A stretch of DNA of 64,000 nt from an archaeon (lineage in GTDB: Archaea > Nanobdellota > Nanobdellia > Woesearchaeales > SM23-78). The DNA is taken from positions 1,025-65,024 of the forward strand of contig JAZDMG010000030.1 of the NCBI GenBank assembly GCA_043801165.1. Reading direction: 5' to 3'. The notes beneath the pieces were generated by a model. The model saw only the letters and a program-made list of their open reading frames with translations, had not been told where the DNA came from and did no database searches. Of this stretch, positions 1 to 7,053 are shown one piece after another; the stretch's first letter is position 1, and each line of letters opens with the position of its first letter. The translations under genes were made by a program, and so were the position numbers.

Positions 1-158
1 GGGTGGGTATGCTCTCCCATGACGACAAGAAGAGGTTCATCGAGCTGGTCTCGAGCAAGCATGTCGCCAAGAAGGATTTCTCTGTTCAGAAGTTCGCTCT
101 TTTCAAGAGCACCTTGACTCCGAGCGGACCTGTGTATGAGAAGATAGCGGAGTTCTAG
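1..158 (+). CDS. thpR: RNA 2',3'-cyclic phosphodiesterase (2'-5' RNA ligase family), C-terminal part, truncated by window edge
   Basis: Frame from nt 3 reads VGMLSHDDKKRFIELVSSKHVAKKDFSVQKFALFKSTLTPSGPVYEKIAEF*; SxLTPxGPxY is the characteristic ThpR C-terminus. Confidence 0.8.
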   Translation, partial: VGMLSHDDKKRFIELVSSKHVAKKDFSVQKFALFKSTLTPSGPVYEKIAEF

Positions 159-599
159 GCTTCCAGGGGTTTTGTACGATTAGTCTTCGGTAATTTACCC
201 AGTAACTGGCCGATATGGTCAATTAAAACAGATATGAAAAATACTGTTAATATTAACATATTAAGAAGAGGAGGCACGTAATCTTCAATCAACCAGTGAG
301 AAGTAAGATTACTATACATTACGAGAAAAAATAGCTACAGTGGATAAAGCCATCAAAAAAATTGACTTATTAAGAATCATTTTGTTTAATAAAAATCGTT
401 CAGACATAATCCTGAAGGTCAGCACTAGCAGAGAGAAGAAGTATATAGCGCATATAGCGTTGAAAACTAAGTTGCTTTTATGTAATAGATTAGCTGAGAA
501 GAGGTATGTTTCGGCAAATAACCATGTTGTCACAAAGGCCAATCCTGTGGCCAGAGTTAACTTATTCAGCAAACTGTTCTGAAAAGGGTGTTTTTTCAT
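155..599 (-). pseudogene. AT-rich multi-pass membrane protein, apparently frameshifted at a T6 run (ORF 312..599 plus continuation to 155)
   Basis: ORF 312..599 ends mid-hydrophobic helix; removing one T from the run at ~326-331 continues it as AIFLVMYSNLTSHWLIEDYVPPLLNMLILTVFFISVLIDH...KPLEA*, with stop at 155-157. Confidence 0.5.
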
Positions 600-695
600 T
601 CGGCTGTCTCCATTAATGATAATTTATGTTCCTTCTAATAAATTTTCCGCTTAAAAATGGATATTCCCTTTAATTGGTACACCAAGCCGTTTCCA

Positions 696-711
696 GGAAA
701 ACCTTTATAAA
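696..711 (+). promoter_or_regulatory. BRE/TATA box of rps2
   Basis: ggaaaacc-tttataaa, about 25 nt upstream of the structured leader beginning near 737. Confidence 0.6.
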
Positions 712-736
712 TGCCTGTCTTTTCTTCACATCCACA

Positions 737-823
737 GCCCTGTTGAGAGGATAGCCGCAAGGGACTCTCGACCAACTGCTACGGGCGATAAAAGCAGCAG
801 TAATGAGTTCTGAACCATTACTG
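737..823 (+). ncRNA. Structured (pseudoknotted) 5' leader of rps2, candidate cis-regulatory RNA
   Basis: Pairings by eye: 737-740/783-786, 742-749/765-772 capped by cc-GCAA-gg, 776-780/793-797, 798-805/816-823; followed by SD GGAGG at 830-834. Confidence 0.55.
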
Positions 824-841
824 ATACCAGGAGGAAATAAC

Positions 842-1438
842 ATGGAGACACAGCAATTGCTTGTCCCAAACGAGGAATACCTGAAGTCAGGGATTCACAT
901 AGGGACCAAGTTCAAGACAAAATACATGGGCAACTTCATATACAAGACAAGGCCAGACGGGCTGACCGTATTGAATGTCCAGCAGATAGACGCAAGGATA
1001 AGGGTCATGACCAGCTTCATGAGCCAGTTCGCGCCCAACGAGATAATGGTCGTGGCCAGGCGAGAGAACGGCTGGAAGGCAGTCAAGCTCTTCGGAGAGC
1101 TGACAGGCGCAAAGGTATTCATCGGAAGATACCCTCCAGGGATACTCACCAACATCCAGCTGAAGAAATTCACAGAGGTCAAGCTGATAGTCGTCACAGA
1201 CCCATGGCCTGACAGGAACGCAGTTGATGACGCGATCAAGAGCGGCATACCGGTCATCGCCCTGTGCGACACAAACAACCAGGCGAACAACATTGACCTG
1301 GTCGTCCCCTGCAACAACAAGGGAAAGAAGAGCCTCGGGTTGCTGTTCTGGCTGGTCACAAAGGGCTACATGGAGAACAGAGGCCTTGTGAACAAGGGCG
1401 GCTTCACCAAGACGCTTGACGACTTCTCAGACGAGTAA
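842..1438 (+). CDS. rps2: 30S ribosomal protein S2 (uS2)
   Basis: YLKSGIHIGTK, RPDGL, GRYPPGILTN, IPVIALCDTN, VPCNNKGKKSL; ATG 842 follows GGAGG. Confidence 0.97.
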   Translation: METQQLLVPNEEYLKSGIHIGTKFKTKYMGNFIYKTRPDGLTVLNVQQIDARIRVMTSFMSQFAPNEIMVVARRENGWKAVKLFGELTGAKVFIGRYPPGILTNIQLKKFTEVKLIVVTDPWPDRNAVDDAIKSGIPVIALCDTNNQANNIDLVVPCNNKGKKSLGLLFWLVTKGYMENRGLVNKGGFTKTLDDFSDE

Positions 1439-1516
1439 GTAGTCAAGCTCAAATTATTTCATTTTATTTTTTTCTCGACCGCAAGAAATAAAAGCATCTT
1501 CTCATATCTCAGCCAG

Positions 1517-2974
1517 ATGAGCCTGAAAAAAGCAGAGACTGATGGCAAAGCGATGCCTGAGTTCCCCCTTGACCTGAAGAAGGAGATCTTCAGGTGGGGG
1601 CCGATATTTGGGAAGATGTTCTATCCGTCCGAGTTCGTCCGCCCGATATTCCATGATTTTCCAGAGCAATTCAAAGGCCATGCGTGGCCTAAGATACTGT
1701 TCTTATTCAAAGGCGGAAGAATCGTCTGGCTGAATGAGTTCCCTGCATTGAGGAAGGCTGGAAAGAAAGTGTTCCTGGAATATATGCTGCCAGAGGCATC
1801 CAGAATCAGCCTCAGGAAAAGATGGGACGAGCAGGTATTGCTGTTGAAGAAATTTGAGGCAAGCCTTGACAAGACAGGATTGGCTGCGCTCAGCGACAAA
1901 GAACTTTTGAAGCTGGGCAGGAGCTTTGACGAGCTGATAAATGACTTCTGGCCGTCCACCATACCGCAGGAGCTTGGCAACTACGGCTCTGATGTCCTTC
2001 TCAGGGACAGCCTTGCACGCACGATAAAAGATGACCATGAGCTTTCTGAGGTCATGGAGGCATTGACTGCGCCAGAGAAGTCCTCATTCTACCAATATGA
2101 AGAAGTGGAGCTTTCCGAGGCAAAAGACCTGGAAGTCCATCAGAAAAAATACTTCTGGCTGAAGAACAGCTATAACGGCACGGCAGTGCTGCCAGTTGAT
2201 TTCTTCAGGGAGCGAAAGAAAGAGCTTCCGACAGGATTGCGCAAGATCATGGATAAGAAGCTAGCCATGATAAAGAGCAAGAAGAAGCAGATGCGGAACA
2301 AATACAAATTATCAGCTGACATAATGGAGATAGCCTCTGCGCTCAGCTATGGTACTGCCTGGCAGGATGAGAGAAAAAAAGAGATATTCATAACCCAGCA
2401 TTACAAGCAGCTATTCCTTGATGAGATAGCCAGGAGAGAGAATCTTCCGGCTGATGACCTGACAAGCTTCATGTTTCCTGAGGTGTTGGATATCTTCTCA
2501 GGAAAGCTTGAGCTGAAGGATTCGATGGCGCAGAGAAAAAGAGCAGTCGGATTCTATGTGGACACATATAACTTGATAACACTCTCCCCAGAGCTCACAG
2601 AGAAGTTATGGGACATCTACGCCGAAGAGAAAGTCGGGAAGCCGGTGGATGAGGTTAAGGGGATCCTGGCCAGCAAAGGGACGAAGCCTATCATCAGAGG
2701 GACTGTGAGAGTTGTCCTTGATCCAATGCATGCAGAATCATTCAAGGAAGGCGACATACTGGTCGCTCCCATGACCAGTCCAGAATACGTCTTTGTGATG
2801 AAAAGAGCAGGTGCGATAATCACAGACACAGGAGGGTTGACATCCCATGCAGTCATCGTGAGCAGGGAGCTCAACAAGGCATGCATCGTTGGCACAAAGA
2901 TAGCGACCAAGGTCTTCAAGGATGGAGACCTTGTGGAAGTGGATGCGCAGAAAGGGATTGTGAGAAAGATATGA
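1517..2974 (+). CDS. PEP-utilizing enzyme mobile (phosphohistidine swivel) domain protein with long helical N-terminal region
   Basis: C-terminal GDILVAPMTSPEY...ITDTGGLTSHAVIVSRELNKACIVGT...GDLVEVDA; no ATP-grasp or TIM-barrel domain seen. Confidence 0.8.
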   Translation: MSLKKAETDGKAMPEFPLDLKKEIFRWGPIFGKMFYPSEFVRPIFHDFPEQFKGHAWPKILFLFKGGRIVWLNEFPALRKAGKKVFLEYMLPEASRISLRKRWDEQVLLLKKFEASLDKTGLAALSDKELLKLGRSFDELINDFWPSTIPQELGNYGSDVLLRDSLARTIKDDHELSEVMEALTAPEKSSFYQYEEVELSEAKDLEVHQKKYFWLKNSYNGTAVLPVDFFRERKKELPTGLRKIMDKKLAMIKSKKKQMRNKYKLSADIMEIASALSYGTAWQDERKKEIFITQHYKQLFLDEIARRENLPADDLTSFMFPEVLDIFSGKLELKDSMAQRKRAVGFYVDTYNLITLSPELTEKLWDIYAEEKVGKPVDEVKGILASKGTKPIIRGTVRVVLDPMHAESFKEGDILVAPMTSPEYVFVMKRAGAIITDTGGLTSHAVIVSRELNKACIVGTKIATKVFKDGDLVEVDAQKGIVRKI

Positions 2975-3047
2975 TTGCAGAACGGACACAAATTCAATAG
3001 TTTTCTTTTCCATAAACCATTTAAAGAGCTGAACAAAGGCAGATGCC

Positions 3048-3746
3048 ATGAAAGCAGTCATCCTTGCAGGCGGGATCGGTGAGAGGCTCAGGCCTTTGAC
3101 AGAGACGATCCCTAAGGTGATGATGAATGTCCAGGGAAGGACTCTCATAGAGCATGTATTTGATATTCTCAAGCGGGCAGGCATCACCGAGGTCTATCTT
3201 TCCATCGGCTACATGGCTGACAAGATCCAGGCATATTATGGCGACGGCAAGAAGTTCGGGATGAAGATCCATTACCTTGTCGAGAAAGAACGCCTGGGAA
3301 CAGGCGGATGGATGAGGCTCATAGAAAGGCCTGGCGAGGATATATTCGTTATGAACGGAGATAATCTTTACGACTTAGATTTGAGAGAAGTTTACAGATC
3401 CCATAGGAAGATGAAGGCTGACGCAACGATAGTTTTGACAAAGGTGGGTGATGTCAGGCATTACGGTATCGTTGAGCTGAAGGATGACAGGATAATGCGT
3501 TTCGTCGAGAAGCCAACTCCTGAAGAGGCGCCCTCGGACTATGCCAATTCAGGATACTATGTCTTCAGCCCTTCTGTTTTCGATTTCATGCCTGCCGACA
3601 AGGATGCTTTCATGCTTGAGAAAGATCTTTTCCCAGCCATAGCCCAGAAAGGATTGCTGTGCGGCTTCAGGTCAAGTGCGCAGTGGTTTGACACAGGGAC
3701 GCATGAACAATTGAGAAAGGTCAACGATGAGTGGCTGAAAAGATAA
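3048..3746 (+). CDS. NDP-sugar pyrophosphorylase (nucleotidyltransferase, no LbH domain)
   Basis: KAVILAGGIGERLRPLT..PK, LGTGG, MNGD, YG, FVEKP, WFDTGT. Confidence 0.9.
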   Translation: MKAVILAGGIGERLRPLTETIPKVMMNVQGRTLIEHVFDILKRAGITEVYLSIGYMADKIQAYYGDGKKFGMKIHYLVEKERLGTGGWMRLIERPGEDIFVMNGDNLYDLDLREVYRSHRKMKADATIVLTKVGDVRHYGIVELKDDRIMRFVEKPTPEEAPSDYANSGYYVFSPSVFDFMPADKDAFMLEKDLFPAIAQKGLLCGFRSSAQWFDTGTHEQLRKVNDEWLKR

Positions 3747-3759
3747 AGAAGAGCTTCTG

Positions 3760-4062
3760 CTAATCATAGCCTAACAATCGGTCGTATTTCTGATGATCTG
3801 TTATGCTGAGTATGAAAAGAAGTATCTCAACTTCGTTACCCTCGATGGTGTAGAGCATCCGCCAATAATTTGATAGTTCTACACGATAAAGATTCTGTAT
3901 CCCCTGTTTAAGATATTCTTTCGGGATTAGTCGTTTTGGTACAGGCTCACCGTATTGCGGATTCTCTTTAAGCCGTTCTTTTGCTCTCTCGATCGAGTTA
4001 AGTATGCTTTTTGCTTCTCCTTTTAGGAGTACCCTGACTTCTTTTCCGTGGAACATCATCAA
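3760..4062 (-). CDS. RelE/ParE-like toxin (DPANN-type), possibly with an in-frame internal deletion
   Basis: PKRLIPKEY...NLYRVELSNYWRMLYTI...DHQKYDRLLGY; clear paralog of 50212..50562. Confidence 0.6.
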   Translation of the reverse strand: MMMFHGKEVRVLLKGEAKSILNSIERAKERLKENPQYGEPVPKRLIPKEYLKQGIQNLYRVELSNYWRMLYTIEGNEVEILLFILSITDHQKYDRLLGYD

Positions 4063-4189
4063 GAAAATTTGTTCTTAGGTTATATCCCTTACGTCACCTT
4101 GTCTAGTGCGTCTTGTGGTTAAACACGCTTCTTTTGGAAGATTTACGTCTCTCAATCGAAACATTTAAATATCAAAATGTACTCTTTTT

Positions 4190-4207
4190 GTATCAATTGA
4201 TACTGAT
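4190..4207. promoter_or_regulatory. Palindromic operator candidate upstream of wHTH gene
   Basis: Perfect palindrome GTATCAATTGATAC at 4190-4203, downstream of TATA (catttaaat); 12-mer ATTGATACTGAT also at 50921. Confidence 0.5.
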
Positions 4208-4225
4208 GAACGAGCGTGCCTTTTC

Positions 4226-4507
4226 ATGAAAAAAAAGAAAGCGACAAAACAGGAACTGATAAGATATCCTAACCTTTCAACAGTCCTCATGGTGGAGAGA
4301 TGCTTGGAGAAGAACAAGGCTCTGCCGATGAAGGTATCTGAGCTAAAAAGAAAGCTACCGAAGCAGGTGATGCATCAGACTTTGCTGGTCGTGCTTGACT
4401 ATCTTTTTGCCGGGGGAAAGATAATCTACGGGCCGAAGGGTATGCAATGGATCTACTCGGCGCCAGAGCATCTGAAGAAGATGATGCGTGGAGCGCTTGA
4501 GATTTAA
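4226..4507 (+). CDS. Winged-helix protein, putative antitoxin/regulator
   Basis: PNLSTVLMVE...KVSELKRKLPKQVMHQTLLVVLDYL...KI; paralog of 50571..50918. Confidence 0.6.
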   Translation: MKKKKATKQELIRYPNLSTVLMVERCLEKNKALPMKVSELKRKLPKQVMHQTLLVVLDYLFAGGKIIYGPKGMQWIYSAPEHLKKMMRGALEI

Positions 4508-4521
4508 GTAAAGTCAAGCCA

Positions 4522-5202
4522 TCAAGATTTCTTCTCGACTTCAACGATGCCTTCGTCAACTATCTTGAACATTATGCTCTTGCCCTCTTCTATGCTGCGA
4601 TGCTTCTTGATGAGGGCGATCCTGTTCCTGCCGCTGATCTTCAGCTCTATCAGGCATTTGCTCATGTTCTTTATCATCATGCCGCCAACGACCTTCACCT
4701 CGTCTTTCACTTCCATGTCTGCGTAGACCTGGGAAGTGACGATGACAGGTATGTCCTTCTTCCTCGCTATCTCGAGCAATGTCCTGAGCTGGGCGACAAA
4801 TGCGTTGTTCAGGTTCTTGTTGTTCTCATCGCTGAGCTCTGCGCGGTAGAGCATGCTGATGGTATCGACGAAGATAGCCCCTATGTTCTGCTTGAGCAGC
4901 TCATCTAGCTTGGTGATAGATTTCTCCTGCTCTGTGAAGCTTGTGGGCTTAAGGAATATTACCTTCTCCAATGCCTTCTTGTAGTCAGGGCAGAGCTGCT
5001 TGAACCTTGTCAAGGAGAATCCGCCCTCGGTGTCGACAAAGATCACCTTCTGGCCTTTGACGCTGTTGGCCACGCACAGCAGGCATAGGTTGCTCTTTCC
5101 GCTGCCGGCAGGGCCATAGATGGTCGTGATGACCCCTTTCTCATAGCCGCCCTCGAGCAGCCAGTCCATCACAGCAGTGCCTGTGCTGATCTTCGTATCC
5201 AT
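4522..5202 (-). CDS. radB: DNA repair and recombination protein RadB
   Basis: ISTGTAVMDWLLEGG, Walker A GPAGSGKS, VDTEGGFS, RadB-specific KHR motif; 226 aa. Confidence 0.93.
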   Translation of the reverse strand: MDTKISTGTAVMDWLLEGGYEKGVITTIYGPAGSGKSNLCLLCVANSVKGQKVIFVDTEGGFSLTRFKQLCPDYKKALEKVIFLKPTSFTEQEKSITKLDELLKQNIGAIFVDTISMLYRAELSDENNKNLNNAFVAQLRTLLEIARKKDIPVIVTSQVYADMEVKDEVKVVGGMMIKNMSKCLIELKISGRNRIALIKKHRSIEEGKSIMFKIVDEGIVEVEKKS

Positions 5203-5271
5203 ATGAAAGAGGAGCCTGGTAGGGTATATATTGTTTGTTATTCTGCGACCGGAAGGTTTTCAGAAAAAGGA

Positions 5272-5324
5272 AAGAATCACTCCTTATTGATCCCCATGCA
5301 GGTGTTGTACATCGTTCTCAAGCC
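5272..5324 (-). repeat. Orphan copy of the 3' end of gene 5931..6341 (direct repeat, copy 1)
   Basis: 49/53 nt identical to 5926..5978; encodes GLRTMYNTCMGINKE* like the intact gene. Confidence 0.95.
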
Positions 5325-5405
5325 TTAATTTAACCTGAATAGAAACTATTATAGAATAGTAAAAGAACAGGAATATTTATATACTCTGCTCATGTTCCTT
5401 AAAAC

Positions 5406-5891
5406 ATGCCTGAAGCTTCTAAGTTAGGAATTGTTTTGGCAACTCAGAATCAAGAGAGTTTACCTCAGCAAACAGTTGATGAAATAGTGAGATATGTTTC
5501 TAATTTTCTAGAGCCCAAAGAATTCAAAGGGAAGGATAGGACAGGACCAGATCTTGTGAATAGCCTTGTTTGGATGCAATATACTCGAACTATAGATAAG
5601 ACACAGATCTCCAATGGAAAAACAACTAGCGGTCTTTATTCTATTTCAGTTACACTATGGAAAAAAGGAATGTTAAATAAATCGCCATGCGTAGAGCTTG
5701 AATTAGGCACAACAACGACTTTTCTCGATTTAAAAAAATCTCAGAAAGAAAGATTGGATATAATTGTTGAACTAAGCGGAAATTTGATAAAACAATTTAA
5801 CATGGTCGAAATGTACAGATGCCTTAATACAGATTATGCCTTAACATCAGTAGTCGGCAGAACCATATCTGATCACCTATTCGGCAGATAG
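5406..5891 (+). CDS. Hypothetical protein (cassette cargo)
   Basis: 161-aa AT-rich ORF, TATA tatttatata about 25 nt upstream; no recognised motif. Confidence 0.7.
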   Translation: MPEASKLGIVLATQNQESLPQQTVDEIVRYVSNFLEPKEFKGKDRTGPDLVNSLVWMQYTRTIDKTQISNGKTTSGLYSISVTLWKKGMLNKSPCVELELGTTTTFLDLKKSQKERLDIIVELSGNLIKQFNMVEMYRCLNTDYALTSVVGRTISDHLFGR

Positions 5892-5930
5892 GATGAATTG
5901 AGTCGACGATAAATTATTATAACTCAAGAA

Positions 5931-6341
5931 TCACTCCTTATTAATCCCCATGCAGGTGTTGTACATCGTCCTTAGGCCCTGCTTCAGGGTGACAGGGTCT
6001 GCTATCTTCGCATGCACAAAAGGCTTGATGACCCATTTCTCTGCAAGGCCGGGGTTCAGGAACATGAATGTCAGCCCTTGCTTGGTCTTGAAAAGATTCC
6101 AGTTCTCGAGCAGCACCTTGAAATTATGCTCATTGCAAAGGCAGACAAAATAAGTGGTCTCATCAGCCGGGATGGCCTTCATCTTGCCCATGTCAAGGTT
6201 CTCATTGCAGTGATAGGTCGCTTTCCCGTCCTTGTGGTCGCACAGCACCCTGTCATTCTCCTCCTTGAAACTCACAAGGTCCTTCTTCATCAGGTCCTTC
6301 TGCTTGATGTGGTGCACAGTCCATTCCTTAAGATCCATCAT
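5931..6341 (-). CDS. Hypothetical protein
   Basis: 136-aa ORF, host-like codon usage, 4-nt overlap with upstream gene. Confidence 0.8.
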   Translation of the reverse strand: MMDLKEWTVHHIKQKDLMKKDLVSFKEENDRVLCDHKDGKATYHCNENLDMGKMKAIPADETTYFVCLCNEHNFKVLLENWNLFKTKQGLTFMFLNPGLAEKWVIKPFVHAKIADPVTLKQGLRTMYNTCMGINKE

Positions 6342-6829
6342 CTTGGCCTCCTGAGAAGCATGAAAGCCCCGTAGGGAAGCACAAAGCAGATGAAGAACAC
6401 TGCTCCTGCAATCACAGGGTTATGTATGTTCCCTATCATGAGCGACTGGTTGAAGGCATTGACTGTCGTGACTATGATGAAGAAATCGAATATCCCAAGT
6501 ATAGGGATGAAGAGGCTTATGGACAGGTGGTGGTGATGCTGCAGCCAATGCATGTGCCGGATTATAGTTATGATAAGGAAGCCTAGCGTGAATCCGAAGA
6601 AGCCGGCGAATACATAGCTCCAGCTGCTGTTGGCAGCTATCAATATCGGGATCAAGACGAATGAGAGCAGGATCGTGCCTAAGACCCCTATTATTAATGT
6701 GAACCAGTAGAGGCTCTTCTCCAAAGCCCTGACATGAGGATGCTTGTTCTTCTCAGCATGCTTCAGGATCCTCTCTGCGTGAGCTATCTCCTGCTTGCTC
6801 CAGCCCTTGAGATGAAGTCGTTTTCTCAT
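6338..6829 (-). CDS. Hypothetical 4-TM membrane protein with N-terminal LxxKGWSxxEI helical motif
   Basis: Four hydrophobic segments, His run HWLQHHHH. Confidence 0.8.
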   Translation of the reverse strand: MRKRLHLKGWSKQEIAHAERILKHAEKNKHPHVRALEKSLYWFTLIIGVLGTILLSFVLIPILIAANSSWSYVFAGFFGFTLGFLIITIIRHMHWLQHHHHLSISLFIPILGIFDFFIIVTTVNAFNQSLMIGNIHNPVIAGAVFFICFVLPYGAFMLLRRPR

Positions 6830-6930
6830 GCCCAGAAAACTGATGTTGGCGATATATAAATATTGCTGTTTGCCGGCTTACCCCTTGTTATTCGCAATAT
6901 TTATATAATCCTTTACCAGAGAAAGGAGTT

Positions 6931-7038
6931 ATGAAGAGGGCCAAGCCGCAGAAGCATTCGAAGGTCGAACTGGTGATTCTTGTAGGCATCATAGCGATAC
7001 TCAGCCTGCTGATTATGTTCTTGAAGTTCCCGAGATGA
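6931..7038 (+). CDS. Small single-TM peptide (35 aa) upstream of ppcA
   Basis: AAGGAG before ATG 6931; MKRAKPQKHSKVELVILVGIIAILSLLIMFLKFPR*; below the ORF track cut-off. Confidence 0.5.
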   Translation: MKRAKPQKHSKVELVILVGIIAILSLLIMFLKFPR

Positions 7039-7053
7039 GTTGTGTGACGTATT

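Larger units (their letters stand above)
5272..5978. mobile_element. 654-bp inserted cassette bounded by 53-bp direct repeats, no integrase
   Basis: AT-rich segment with one ORF and its own TATA box between two copies of a host gene 3' end. Confidence 0.6.

Noticed and set aside
737-823. Known riboswitch or ribozyme (SAM-II, ykkC, HDV-like, K-turn)
   Set aside because: Pseudoknot topology is similar, but the conserved cores (GAUUU/GCUAAA, CUAGGGUUCCG, HDV P3/L3) are missing and the GA/bulge order is not a canonical K-turn
5272-5978. Diversity-generating retroelement template/variable repeat pair
   Set aside because: Mismatches are synonymous and not confined to adenines on either strand; repeat is only 53 bp; no reverse transcriptase in the window
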